This document shows, piece after piece, positions 32,153 through 43,900 of a DNA stretch of 64,000 nucleotides. Numbering within the stretch: position 1 is the stretch's first letter; every line of letters starts with the position of its first letter. Location: assembly GCA_000004985.1 (NCBI GenBank), contig GG738875.1; one strand, 5' to 3'. The position numbers and the translations under genes were made by a program. The stretch is from Naegleria gruberi (taxonomy: Eukaryota). The notes under the pieces are model-generated. The model saw only the letters and a program-made list of their open reading frames with translations. It ran no database searches and was not told the origin of the DNA.

Positions 32153-33013
32153 ATGGATTTCATTGACTATATGGATTTTGAAGAAGAATCCAATGAACAA
32201 CAAAACAGTGCTGAAGAAATGTTACTTCTAATGAGACAGCAGCGATATGGAAGAACAGATATCTCTTTGATGGATATTTTACACAATAACACACAAACAA
32301 TATCCACCAACTTGAACCAATACAAAGAAAGAATAATCAACAATGACCAACAACAATATGAAGACAACGATGACATTGATGATTTGGATGAAGATGGTGA
32401 TGTGTTAATGGCAGAGGCTAATACTTATCAACAATGGAGAATCATTGAAGAGAAGTATTGGGATAAATATATAGATATTTGTAAGGATGGATTTAAATCA
32501 GAATCCTATGACAAACAAAACTCTGTGGAAAAAGCAATCCTTTTTAGTGCCATCCAACATTTGGGAAGAGTTGCAAGACATAAGGTTTTCAATGCCATGA
32601 AACCTGGAAAAGCAAGAATTAGAAAAGATATATTCATTGGAGCAATGGAACCAAGATTGTTTGATTATTTTATGAAAGAAGCTGGTGGTGAGAGATCTTT
32701 CAGGAGATACACAAAAACACAAGAGGATGGATCAAAATTGCTGCAAGGTTGTGTTGTATATTCATTTGAAGGTGAGAAATATCCATATTTCGGAATCAGT
32801 GATAATTGGCGAATTAAGTATCATTATGAGGTAGAAGATGATGTTCAATTAATTGTTAGAAAAAGAGTATCTACAATGACTAGCTGTAAAGTTAAATGCA
32901 ATGTTGTTTCGTGGGAGGTTAGAATGGATTTAACTTGGAAACGAGAGGTAATGGATGTTATTAACTATGATCAAGAAAATGAACAGTATGGAGAGCCAGA
33001 ACTCTGTGATTAA
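32153..33013 (+). CDS. Hypothetical protein with an acidic, Q-rich N-terminus.
   Basis: The ORF is open from a GTG at 32051; the first ATG is 32153. No recognisable domain. Confidence 0.45.
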   Translation: MDFIDYMDFEEESNEQQNSAEEMLLLMRQQRYGRTDISLMDILHNNTQTISTNLNQYKERIINNDQQQYEDNDDIDDLDEDGDVLMAEANTYQQWRIIEEKYWDKYIDICKDGFKSESYDKQNSVEKAILFSAIQHLGRVARHKVFNAMKPGKARIRKDIFIGAMEPRLFDYFMKEAGGERSFRRYTKTQEDGSKLLQGCVVYSFEGEKYPYFGISDNWRIKYHYEVEDDVQLIVRKRVSTMTSCKVKCNVVSWEVRMDLTWKREVMDVINYDQENEQYGEPELCD

Positions 33014-33790
33014 TTGGTAGTAATTAATAAAAAAATTAAAATCGGTTTAAAAAAAATGACAATCACTACAACCTTTATTAATTTGTTTCATCCATCAAAA
33101 TCCAACATACCCAAACCTTTATTGGCGGGCCCCGTCATTAGTAGGCTTTTGGGTTGGAAAATGATGCATAAATAATTGGTAAAGGTTGTCACTAAATGGC
33201 AGGGAATGGCAAAGCAGGTTCTTCATGGATATGGATTATGTGATGACCATGATGCGGCGATTATTGTTCCTATTCATTGATGTTTGCTTGTGTGAACTTT
33301 GATGACATGTGTCTTTTGGTTCTTGGTTGCCCTGGGTAGACCATCACATCTATCGCAACCTAACACAAGTAAATGTGGTGGTGAAAATCTTTTTTCATTT
33401 AACCCTTCTACAAACAACAATATTTAAACCGGTTAGTTTTTATTTAAATTTTCAAATTTATTAATTAATAATTTGTAAATTAATGTTGGAAAATATAAAG
33501 GAATTTTGTTGTGAAAAAGTCCAAACAAATATGTTCTGTTGGTAACAAACACGGGTGCTGTTTAGTTGACATAAGTTGCCAAGAGTGGTTTATTGGGTGA
33601 GAATGTTGTTACTTATTCTAACAGCAATGCTGCATTGACTTTTACTGGTTGTGTTGTTATGGTTGTCGCAACTCTGTTCTTTTCTCTTTGGATGTATTAA
33701 TGACAGGAGATGAGATTTTGTTCACCATTCAAACATGGGAAGAAAATCACTTGACCAACACTTTGAAATCAAGATTATCAACAAATGCGA

Positions 33791-33840
33791 NNNNNNNNNN
33801 NNNNNNNNNNNNNNNNNNNNNNNNNNNNNNNNNNNNNNNN
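33791..33840. other. Assembly gap, 50 N, at the 5' boundary of the duplicated NTPase segment.
   Basis: Run of N. The flanking left sequence is not homologous to copy 1; the right flank is. Confidence 0.95.
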
Positions 33841-34420
33841 ATCTATGTTCTATTTGTTTGATGAACATAATGAATTATTCAGACCTGACTATTACAATAA
33901 GATTCCTGCTTCTTTTGCTTATTTTCAAGATTTTATCAGATGGACAGGAGTTACATCAGGGAATTATACAGTTACTATCTATTGTGGAAGTGCTCATAGC
34001 TCCTTCGAAGACCATTTACCAGGAGGAGAAAGAGGAAGGGTAGTTAGAATCACTCCTCCAACAACGACAGAGTTTGAACAACTTGTTTCAGCTGTGGGTT
34101 TGAACCCAAAGGATAAAAGAATAGCCCATGTAACAGGAAGAATTCCAAGAGAGTTGAAATACTTGACTGACCATTTGAAAGGTAAAAAGGGTACTGATGA
34201 AGATATCAATCATTTTATCACAGTAAGACAGGGAGAATATGCTTCTAGATTGCGCTCATTAGTTAACAAAATGGACAAAGAGGAGAATGATGAGTTTTTA
34301 AAAACACTTGAAGATCTTTTTACTCTGGGTCTTTTCGATGGAAGGCCTTGCACTGTTTCAGGAAATGTATACGATATGGGTTTACTATTCAAGGATTCTG
34401 ATCAAAACCTTTATATTATT
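33841..34420 (+). pseudogene. Second partial copy of the SAM-NTPase gene, from the Walker B region onward. Its 5' part is lost in the assembly gap and its 3' part is interrupted by an insertion.
   Basis: About 95% nucleotide identity to 31141..31725 (SMFYLFDEHNELFRPDYYNKIPASFAYFQDF...). Runs into a TGA right after the insertion junction. Confidence 0.55.
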
Positions 34421-35264
34421 GAGTGAATACTAAGAAACGGAGTGACGGAACACAGAGTCTCACGGAATCCGCCTCAAGTAAGAAACTGTCCAACGGGGCA
34501 GTCTGAAGTAAGAAACGGAATTAAGAATGGATATTAAGCTCAATAACACAGTAACATTCTAAAATTGTTCTAATATGAATTGAATAAAATAGGCTATTCC
34601 ATTTGTTGTTGGATTTAATCTACTTGTTCTTAACGATTTCATTCCCAAGATCAAATTTCACATTTTTATTTCATGAAACTTTCCCCACTCGATGTGTGCA
34701 TTCATATATGTTACCAGGTCAAGTTTCATTGTTTGATTTTGTAACTTCAACTAACAAATTAGCAAATCTTTGAATAGATTTGTTTCAAGTTTATTCGCAA
34801 ATAATAAAACATGTCAATTACAGTTAGTAGCATTGTCATTATTTATATATATCCATAATTATTCAAAAAATTCAGGTTTCGTCATCTGATCCAAGAGTTA
34901 TTTAGAATTAAGGGAAAAAAAGAGTGTTAAGGAATGCCTCTTATATAAAAAATTAAAAAAAAAGTGAAATTTATTATTAATTTGATATTTACTAATACAT
35001 GGGAAAGTTGCATGATTTGGAAATTTAATTTGGGCGAGTAAATAACCAATTCTTAGTCAACCCAACCAGAACTTGACCAACACAAAAGAAAAGGAATATA
35101 TTATAATAAATATGATGTTTATTATCAATTTAAATAGTACTACTAGAAGAAACTTTTTGATTTGGTGAAGTACATGATGATCCAGTGAGTTGATACAAAT
35201 AAACGGTGAGACGGGCAACGGGATGAACGGGATTCAGGCCGTTTCTTATTCTAAACGGGAGATT
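34421..35264. mobile_element. Candidate non-autonomous TIR-type (MITE-like) insertion of 844 bp, disrupting NTPase copy 2.
   Basis: Absent from the intact paralog at 31731. Subterminal TAAGAAACGG motifs occur three times at the left end (34431, 34479, 34509) and once inverted at the right end (35240..35252). AACGGG motifs recur near the right end. AT-rich interior with no ORF. The right junction carries a 19-bp inverted copy (ctggatcattaataatata, 35265..35283) of the target sequence tatattattaatgatccag. Confidence 0.45.
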
Positions 35265-35283
35265 CTGGATCATTAATAATATA

Positions 35284-35848
35284 CTACTGCACCAAAGTTG
35301 ACATGCCACACATACCCAAGAATATTTCTGTTTCACAGAAAGGAGAGCACTGTTTGAAAAATTCTTGTTAAGACGAGAGTATGGACTGGAAATTCTATGT
35401 AACGAACAAGTTGAGTACAACCACAACATCCACCTTATCATATGAAGTTAACGAACATGCAAGTTTGGATCTAAAGGATTTACATTCCCTCAATCGAAGA
35501 AACTATTTGCGTGGAACAGGAGTACTATTCATTCCAGAATCTGAGACTTTCCCAAGCTTTGATTATGCTATTGTTATATACAAAGAGAAATCAGTAGAAA
35601 TCTTTCTGAAACAAAGCACCATTTCTACTGTTGAATCTCATTATTGTCATAGTAATGGCAAAACAGATGTGGATAATTTACTGGAACGTCTTTATGTTTT
35701 AAATAGAGAAGGAAAGGTAATGAAAAGGAAACAAAACGTTCCAGAACAATATCATTTCTCATTGCTTGAATTGATACTTCATGGAATTGTTGGAAGTGAA
35801 GAAACCAAAGTTGAATTGATACTTTTTAGAAATAGACAAGAAATGAAG
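35284..35848 (+). pseudogene. Continuation of NTPase copy 2 after the insertion, with a C-terminal extension not present in copy 1. Its end is lost in the gap at 35849.
   Basis: 35284..35530 matches 31756..32010 of copy 1 (KVDMPHIPKNISVSQKG...LNRRNYLRGTG), with a small deletion. It then continues as VLFIPESETFPSFDYAIVIYKEK..., whereas copy 1 ends at a stop. Confidence 0.45.
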
Positions 35849-35898
35849 NNNNNNNNNNNNNNNNNNNNNNNNNNNNNNNNNNNNNNNNNNNNNNNNNN
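35849..35898. other. Assembly gap, 50 N, between the NTPase copy-2 tail and 7TM copy 3.
   Basis: Run of N. Confidence 0.95.
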
Positions 35899-35908
35899 AA
35901 ATCTCTTT

Positions 35909-36703
35909 TCAATATTTCCCATTTGGTTTTGTTTCTGAAAAGAATTTCCATATCCAATTGTTCATCTTGTAAATTCCTGTAGAGCTGTCTTGTGTGGTTG
36001 ATAATGAAAATGAGGACAAACTCTTTTGTTTTTCAATATTGTCAGAGAGTCCACTTGATGATGATGTGTTTTCTCCAGTATTAGATTTAGCTGTTGATGA
36101 GCTAGTTGGATTTAGTTCAGTTTCGGTTGTTTCAGTAATTTGTTTAGGATTATCTGATGATATCGAATGACGCAGTTCATATTGTCTATTACCAATCCTC
36201 ACTTTCAATTCATATAATTTTGTCAATATCAACAATCGAATACATCTCAATATGACAGTATTCGAAAGTGCAGGCACAGCCAAATAATAGATTAGTGAAA
36301 ATATGAAACATGGATAAATCTTTCGTCCAATTAACACTCTAGTCATTAATACGAAAGTATAGGTCCATCCAATAATTGCTCCCATGACCATCAATGCTGG
36401 ATTCCTGGCAACCTGCAAATAATTCACAACTTGTTTGTGTTCCTTTTGGAGAATATGCAACTTTCTCAATTTATAAACTAAACCTCCAACCGAAACTAAT
36501 AACAAGCTTGTATGAAGGAACAAAACGATAGCTGAAATAACAATGGCCGATGTGGTGTCATCACACAATCCCTTCTCACTCTTGTTTCCTTGTGAAAGGA
36601 GGAGTGGATGACAGATCGTTGAATCATTTGTACTGGGATTCGAATAGTTAGAGACCAGCAACGCATCAAATATTGCCGTAGGAAAGATCACTTTGGCAGA
36701 CAT
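35909..36703 (-). CDS. Third copy of the GPCR-like multi-pass membrane protein, N-terminal 264 aa only. The downstream part falls in the assembly gap.
   Basis: ICHPLLLSQGNKSEKGLCDDTTSAIVISAIVLFLHTSLLLVSVGGLVYKLRKLHILQKEHKQVVNYLQVARNPALMVMGAIIGW... is near-identical to copy A. ATG at 36701-36703. Confidence 0.5.
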   Translation of the reverse strand: MSAKVIFPTAIFDALLVSNYSNPSTNDSTICHPLLLSQGNKSEKGLCDDTTSAIVISAIVLFLHTSLLLVSVGGLVYKLRKLHILQKEHKQVVNYLQVARNPALMVMGAIIGWTYTFVLMTRVLIGRKIYPCFIFSLIYYLAVPALSNTVILRCIRLLILTKLYELKVRIGNRQYELRHSISSDNPKQITETTETELNPTSSSTAKSNTGENTSSSSGLSDNIEKQKSLSSFSLSTTQDSSTGIYKMNNWIWKFFSETKPNGKY

Positions 36704-36893
36704 ATGGTGTTTTTTTTTGTTGTTAGAAAGGTGAAAGTGGGTGAAAGTACCGTATTTCTAAAATTGTGTAGTGGATTCCCTTTTGGGTGCCATTTTCATT
36801 GTGTTCGTGATATAGAACCAACACGAAATATGAAACGACGATTTTATTTTGTGGACTAGCATAATAATCTATCATAAAGTGCTAATAACCTAA

Positions 36894-38519
36894 TTACCAC
36901 CTACTTGAGAAGGCAAATATTTCAATCTTGGTGAAATCAAAAGGACGACCACCTTGCAAAGTACAGGTTCCTTTCTTGGAAATTTCTGCAAATGATTTTA
37001 CATAAATAAAGTAGTTTGAATCAGTTTTTGGAGTTGCTTTTTGTTTTTCACATGTGAGAATCAAGTGATTGTTAATTATTTCAGCTCGCTCAGAGTCTTT
37101 TCCAATTGGGTTTTCAAAATAAACAGATTGTTTCTCAGATTCACTCCAAATAATGGCAAGAAAGCCATAACATGTTGATTGCTCATTCACTTCCTTCTTA
37201 AATTCCTCAATAGATGTTTTTGGGTTGATGGTAAGAATCAATTGATTTTGATATCTGAAACGTGTTTGCAATTCAAAATGATATAGTTGATTTGAGTCTA
37301 ATAAGGCACATTTCATATTGTTAATTGATATTTTGATTTCAAGAGGTTTTGTTTTTGAAAACTTGTTGCCTTGGAAATAGTTCAAATTTGGGAAAATGGC
37401 ACCTGACAAGTCACATTGGTTGAAACTGTTCTCCCAATCATCACTGAAACAATATCCAAACATATTACAGGATTCAAATTCACAATTTTCAAATTTAGCA
37501 CCTGATTGCTTCCAAAATTCACAGTCTTTGAATAAGGTATTTACAAATACTTTTCCTTTCAAAGATTCTTGATCGAATGATTTCTTTTCAAATTTTAAAA
37601 TTGGGGTACAGTTTCTAAATGTTGCATTTTCGGGATTGGAATTAGTGAAATCTATATTTTGAAAATCACAATTTTCGAAACATGCATATTTTAAATTGCA
37701 TGAGGTCAGATTTGCTGCAGAAAAGTTTCTACAAGATCTGAATTGTGCACTCTCAAGATTAGAATTACTCAAATTTGCAGAATTAAAATCACATTCTTTG
37801 AAAAGTACTTTTTTCAGACTACAAGAGCTCAAGTTTACCGAACTAAAATTACACGATTCAAATGTTGTGTCATCCATTCGATTTGAATTTAGTTTGGCTG
37901 ATGTGAAATTTGAATATTTGAAAAAAGAATTGTCCATTTTTGAAGAACTCAAATCACAATTCGAAAAATCAGCATTTGATAGTGTTGCTTTGCATAAAGA
38001 GGAATCACTCATTACACAATCTTTGAACGAAATTTTCTGTGCTTGTTCTAGTTTAACTCTATCCAAATTAATTCTCTTCAAATTTCGACCAGTAAAGTCC
38101 AAAATAGGTACATGCATTATCTCATGTTTAACAATCTCCAACACTGCACTGCTGACATCAAGTGTAGTGCTGTTACTTGTTTCAGATTCCAAGATTTTCA
38201 ACAAATTCACACAATTCAACTCTTTGCAAGCATTTATCAATTCTAATTTTTGATATTCTGATAAATCTCTATTTACCATTCCGTACTTTAACCAGTTAAA
38301 GATCATGTTAAATATTTTGTGTGGACAATTAACAAAATACACAGGATCAGTGAATAAATTGGATGGTGTTATTGTAGGTTGAATTTGTTGTTGTGTGAAA
38401 AGTTTAGAAAAGAAGGTGTCTGTTTCTCTTCCACTTTTAATTAATTCATCAGGAATGATGGTGCGGATCGTACCACCAACATTCAAATGAACGGGTTGTG
38501 AGGTAGTGATTGTGGACAT
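36894..38519 (-). CDS. KCTD9-like protein: T1-type BTB domain plus pentapeptide repeats.
   Basis: N-terminal VHLNVGGTIRTIIPDELIKSG (KCTD-type LNVGG). The central region has consecutive A(N/D)LxS pentapeptide repeats: ANLSN SNLES AQFRS CRNFS AANLT SCNLK YACFE NCDFQ NIDFT. Confidence 0.65.
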   Translation of the reverse strand: MSTITTSQPVHLNVGGTIRTIIPDELIKSGRETDTFFSKLFTQQQIQPTITPSNLFTDPVYFVNCPHKIFNMIFNWLKYGMVNRDLSEYQKLELINACKELNCVNLLKILESETSNSTTLDVSSAVLEIVKHEIMHVPILDFTGRNLKRINLDRVKLEQAQKISFKDCVMSDSSLCKATLSNADFSNCDLSSSKMDNSFFKYSNFTSAKLNSNRMDDTTFESCNFSSVNLSSCSLKKVLFKECDFNSANLSNSNLESAQFRSCRNFSAANLTSCNLKYACFENCDFQNIDFTNSNPENATFRNCTPILKFEKKSFDQESLKGKVFVNTLFKDCEFWKQSGAKFENCEFESCNMFGYCFSDDWENSFNQCDLSGAIFPNLNYFQGNKFSKTKPLEIKISINNMKCALLDSNQLYHFELQTRFRYQNQLILTINPKTSIEEFKKEVNEQSTCYGFLAIIWSESEKQSVYFENPIGKDSERAEIINNHLILTCEKQKATPKTDSNYFIYVKSFAEISKKGTCTLQGGRPFDFTKIEIFAFSSRW

Positions 38520-38581
38520 TTTTTAATACAATAAATCTTTGCATGACGGGCCTTGACATGTTGATGGCATCATTTAAATTA

Positions 38582-39688
38582 TTAAAAACATTTTCTTTGA
38601 ACTATTCCACTCCCAACCTCCTTATATTCATCTTTAGTAATCCACAAAGATTGAAAGCTTGATAATGATGCAAGAATGCTACCTCCAATCCAGACTGTTT
38701 CGCATCCCTTAGTTGGGCCATCCACACGAATTTTCATTGATGAAGGAGCTACCAGTGTTAATTCCTTGTGTATCCTCTCTGACATTCCCTTAAACATGGT
38801 TGTTCCACCTGAAAGAATAACATTCGAATATAAATCCTTTCTAATGTCAATATCACAATTTCGAATAGAATCAAATATTATTTCGTGTACTCCTTTATCT
38901 TCAATTCCAACTAAATTAGGTTGAAACAGTAATTCTGGACATCTGAATAGCTCATTTCCAATAGCGAGAAGTGTTCCATCTGGCCATTCATAATCAACAA
39001 TAGATGAATTGATCTTATATTGCTTCATTTCCTCCTCAAAATCCAAAGCTACATAACAATATCTTTCTTTCATATCTTTTACATATTCTCTTTCAAAACT
39101 GTATTGTAAATTGTATCCTCTTTCTTTCAAGAGGATCATCAAATGGTCAACCAAATCATCTCCTGCCCAATCTAATCTGCAAGTGGCATGCTGCAAAGCA
39201 TGACCTTCAAACACTGGAACCGATTGTGTAATATGATAACCAGAATCCAAAACTATTCCAGTCACGCCACCAGATGCATAGAGCGACAATACAGCTTGAT
39301 TGGCCAAATACATGGCTGGTACCTTATACCCTTCAAACATGATTTGAGTTGTTTTTTCTCTATTTTCCTTTGGATTTTGTTGTTCAGTTAGCATGACTTG
39401 ATGTTCCTCTGGCACAACTCTCAACTCATTGTAAAAGGCATGGTTCCAAACCAGCTCCATATCCTCCCAATTTGTGATCACTCTCTTGTCCACTGGATAA
39501 TGGAGACAAAGTGATTCTCCCCGATGAGAGGTTGCTCTATATCCTACATATGTAGGATTGCTTGAAAGTTTATTCCTTCGTTTGCCTACGATTGAAGGAA
39601 AGCTGTCTGTTGGAGAGTTTTCACCTGCAAAACCAACTTTACACATGCAAGATCCATTATCAATCACGATAGATTTGTTTAGAGACAT
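38582..39688 (-). CDS. Divergent actin / actin-like protein.
   Basis: Actin-wide matches: VIDNGSCMCKVGFAG, FYNELRVVPEEHQVMLTE, NREKTTQIMFE, QAVLSLYASGGVTGIVLDSG, CYVALDFEEEM, RCPELLFQP, CDIDIRKDLYSNVILSGGTTM, WIGGSILASLSSFQSLWITKDEYKEVGSGIVQRKCF. The real ATG is at 39686-39688 (MSLNKSIVIDNGS); the ORF-track start is further upstream. Confidence 0.8.
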   Translation of the reverse strand: MSLNKSIVIDNGSCMCKVGFAGENSPTDSFPSIVGKRRNKLSSNPTYVGYRATSHRGESLCLHYPVDKRVITNWEDMELVWNHAFYNELRVVPEEHQVMLTEQQNPKENREKTTQIMFEGYKVPAMYLANQAVLSLYASGGVTGIVLDSGYHITQSVPVFEGHALQHATCRLDWAGDDLVDHLMILLKERGYNLQYSFEREYVKDMKERYCYVALDFEEEMKQYKINSSIVDYEWPDGTLLAIGNELFRCPELLFQPNLVGIEDKGVHEIIFDSIRNCDIDIRKDLYSNVILSGGTTMFKGMSERIHKELTLVAPSSMKIRVDGPTKGCETVWIGGSILASLSSFQSLWITKDEYKEVGSGIVQRKCF

Positions 39689-39760
39689 TTTTTTGTTGGT
39701 TCTAGTGCAAATGATGATTGAACAATGTACTTGAAGAAATAATAGGGACACGAAACGAAG

Positions 39761-40702
39761 TTAATGGTTGACTGGGGTAACCTTAAGAAGTTTCTTCAAA
39801 TCTTGGTTTTCAGTGTTGACTAAATTTACAGCCCTGAATCCATTGAGAGTTAATTTGTGTTTGTCAGCTCCATGATCAAGTAAATATTTACAAAGAGAAT
39901 AGTTTTGTTTGCAGGCAGCCAAATGTAGACATGTGTATCCATCAAAATCTGTAGCATTGAGATCCATACCTCTCTTTTCAATGAGATATTCCACAATTTG
40001 TGTGCTACCTCTTGCACAGGCAATGTGAAGGCAATTTTGTCCATAGGTTCTATTTCCAATCATAAAGTGATCATTGTTACACATTGGTGGAAGTAGATTT
40101 TCACACATCCAAATAAATTTTGAATAAGCATTGGAATAGGCAAAGTTCATAAGAAGGGTAGAACGATTGTAATCTTTCACATTGAAAATATTCAGAATGT
40201 CCATCGTTTCACGGTTACGATACAACATTTCATAAAGCTTACACAATTCACAGAACAGAGCTGTGCATTCCTGTTCTGGATCAAAAATTGCTTGTAACAC
40301 AACAGATTTTTCTATATAATGTTTCAAATTATAAACTCGAATCAAAACAAGTGGTCTTTCCAATTCGTATGAAATTATATTCTTCCAAGCAAACGGATTC
40401 TTTATCGTTTTCAATTCTTTCATGATGAAAATATCCACAAATTTCTCTTTAGGATCCAACAATTCTACTCTCATCACACAACTGTTACTTTTTTCATCGA
40501 AAAAACAAGATTCTACTCTTTGGAAATTACGAGAGAAATTATTTAAATACAATAATAGTTGAAAGGAAGGATCTTGATGAATAATTTGATAAAATTCGTG
40601 GCAAACTAAATTAGCAGATCGGAAGAGATTTTCCAGAGGTAAATACTCGAGAATGGAGTGATAAATTTCCCTTGGTAGTAATTGATTTTCTAATGATATC
40701 AT
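39761..40702 (-). CDS. F-box-like N-terminus with C-terminal ankyrin repeats.
   Basis: LPREIYHSILEYLPLENLFRSANLVCHEFYQII at the N-terminus. Ankyrin repeats: GQNCLHIACARGSTQIVEYLIEKRGMDLNATDFDGYTCLHLAACKQNYSLCKYLLDHGAD. Confidence 0.6.
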   Translation of the reverse strand: MISLENQLLPREIYHSILEYLPLENLFRSANLVCHEFYQIIHQDPSFQLLLYLNNFSRNFQRVESCFFDEKSNSCVMRVELLDPKEKFVDIFIMKELKTIKNPFAWKNIISYELERPLVLIRVYNLKHYIEKSVVLQAIFDPEQECTALFCELCKLYEMLYRNRETMDILNIFNVKDYNRSTLLMNFAYSNAYSKFIWMCENLLPPMCNNDHFMIGNRTYGQNCLHIACARGSTQIVEYLIEKRGMDLNATDFDGYTCLHLAACKQNYSLCKYLLDHGADKHKLTLNGFRAVNLVNTENQDLKKLLKVTPVNH

Positions 40703-40993
40703 TTTTTTTTAATTCTTTTTTTAGAAACTAATTACGAGAGAGATTGGCCCTTAATTTACATCTATTTTACACTCGTTGATTCATTTTACAAATAAACAAA
40801 AATTATTAATAAGCATACATGAAGTACAATCCTAGGATTCACAAATAAATATAAAAATTTAAAGATTTTAATTTTTTTTTCCAAAATCGCGATTTGAAAA
40901 TTTATGAACTGTCTGTGCTAGAAAACAAAGTTTGTCATTGATTAATAGTTAATTAGAAAACCTTCTTCCAACAGGTAACCTTTCAAAAACAAA

Positions 40994-43900
40994 ATGCCGC
41001 CACTCCTTTCCTTCCATTCTTCTTCCATTATTATCATCCTCATTCTCTTCATCAACAGCATTTTCTTCATTCACTCCTCATTGGCTTCATCTAAAACAAC
41101 AATTATAAAAACAACAGCAAATAATTACAATATTAAAATAGTGGCAGGAAGTTATGGCAATACCATTGATTCCTATCATTTTCCGATCATATCCGAGAGT
41201 CCAATTTATGTGCAATCATCCTCATCATCATCATCTGTGGTGGTGATGGAGAAGGAGGAGGATGATGGTGATGAAATAATATATTTATCAGATACACAGT
41301 TTTGTGTGGTGAGGAAAATTCAGAAAAGTTTGAGTGTTGTGGTGGCAGGAAATGGAATTTGTGCAGTTCCTGGAGAGACAAGTGGATTGGCTGTTGAATT
41401 TTCATTGACATCACCAGGTGGTGTTTATTTGGATGAATCTACTAATATATTATATATTTTGGATAATGGATTGAGTAATTCAGGAGGTTTTGTTAGAACT
41501 GTTGATATGTCAAGTGGAATGTTAAATACTTTGCAATTGACCTATGAACCTGCAGTGCTTATGTTAAAAAGTCCAACAATGATAACAAAGAATGGTGGAA
41601 TATTTTACATTGCTGATACTGGCAATAATGTTATTAGAAGTTTGACATTTACTGGACAAAATACTGCTCATTGTAAAGTAATTATTGGTGCAGTCAACCC
41701 TGACGTATCAATGAGTTGTGTTAATGTTGACCCATTGAGTTGTCAACTTTCTTCTCCAACAAGTATTACATTTTCATCTGATGGAATGATCATTACTGAC
41801 CAGCAAAACAGTAGATTTCTCGCTTTACAAAATGGAATTGTGTATCCATATTCTTTGGTAATACCAACTCCATTGCAAATAATGAGTTTGGGAAATGCTG
41901 AATATATAGTTTCGAATGGAGAAATATTGTATTCCCTCACACAAACCACAAAAAATGGTGCAGATTCAACTATTCTCCTGAAGGATAAAAGTTGGCCAAT
42001 TGGATATTTTGGAATTGATTCAGCACAAACTAATCTTTATTTCATGAGTCAATTGCCAAATTTAGCAGTATCACAAATTGTTAAATTCAACATTCAATCT
42101 CTTGGTCAGCCAACAGTCATTGGTGGTGCATATCCTTATACTTTGAGTCCAAACGTGCCTGCTTCTAGTTACTATTTTAATGGATTAACTCAATTAGAAT
42201 ATGTCAGTGATAGTGAAATTTATTTCGCATCCTATAATACAGATATTATCAAATTTGATATGACAGCAGGATTGGCCACAAGAATTGCTGGTAATATGAA
42301 TCAACCATCAGCGTTATCAAAAATTTCTAAAGGCCTATTAGTTGCAGATACTGTTAATAGGTTAATTAAACTTATTGATGGTGGTGGATCTGTCTCTACT
42401 GTAGCAGGTACAAATTCAAATGGAATAGGTTGTCCTGAAGGAGTTCAGGCTACTAGTTGTGAATTGAATTTACCCAGTGGTGTGGTAGGTACACCCTCAA
42501 TACTATCAAATCAATACATGTTTGTAATTGCTGACAGTAATGCTAATACTCTAAGGATGGTAGCTAATGATTTCACTGTTACAACATTAGCCAACTCTGT
42601 ATCAAATGTGAGATATCCAACGGGTTTATATTACACTGCTAATGGAGATTTATATTTTGCTAATACTGGAACTTCTCAAATAATGAAATTAGCTCATGAT
42701 AATACCATCGCAGTAATTGCAGGAACAGGAGAAAAAGGAAACAAAGGCGATGGTGGATTAGCTGTGAATGCTGCATTGAATTACCCAACACAGGTTACTG
42801 TCACTTCAAATGGAATATTGTATATAGCCGACACTGGCAACAATGCTATCAGAAAAATTGATTCCAATGGTATTATATCTACTGTTACACATAATGCTAT
42901 TCAAGGAATTAATGGTGTTGCCACGACTTCTGAGGGTGAACTACTATACGCTGATAGTTATACTGTAAGAATGATTCAATCGGTAGCATGTATTAATCCA
43001 CAAGGCCAAGTTTGTTCAAATCATGGGAAATGTGTGGATGGGCAATGTCTATGTGAAAGTGGATGGAGAGGTGATTCAGTGTGTGGAACTTTTTCATGTG
43101 ATATTCCAAAACCACCAAATGCACATAATTGTATTGGACCTAACCAGTATTCATGTATGAATGGTTGGTTTGGAGATTTGTGTAATTTACCAATTTGTTT
43201 TGGAATTCAATATAATAATTCAGCTGTTTGTAGCTCACATGGAAAATGTGTATCTAACAACACATGCAATTGTGAAAGTGGATGGAATGGAAATACAAAA
43301 TGTGGGACCTTTTCGTGTGACATTCCAAAACCACCAAACGCCTTTGAATGTATTGGACCTAATCAATATTCATGCATGACTGGTTGGTTTGGAAATTCTT
43401 GTGAACTACCAATTTGTTTTGGAATTCAATTTAATAATTCAGCTGTCTGTAGCTCACATGGACAATGTGTATCTAACAACACATGTATTTGTGAAAGTGG
43501 ATGGAGAGGTGATTCAGTGTGTGGAACTTTTTCATGTGATATTCCAAAACCACCAAACGGTCAGCAGTGTATTGGACCTAACCAGTATTCATGTATGAAT
43601 GGATGGTTTGGAGATTTGTGTAATTTACCAATGTGCTTTGGGATTCAATATAACAGCTCTTCTGTTTGTAGCTCACATGGAAAATGCATATCCAACAATA
43701 CATGCAATTGTGAAAGTGGATGGAATGGAAATAAGCAATGTGGGGCCTTTTCGTGTGACATTCCAAAACCACCAAACGCCTTTGAATGTATTGGACCTAA
43801 TCAATATTCATGTATGGATGGATGGTTTGGAGATTTGTGTACTTTTCCAATTTGTTTTGGAATTCAATTTAATAATTCAGCTGTTTGTAGCTCACATGGA

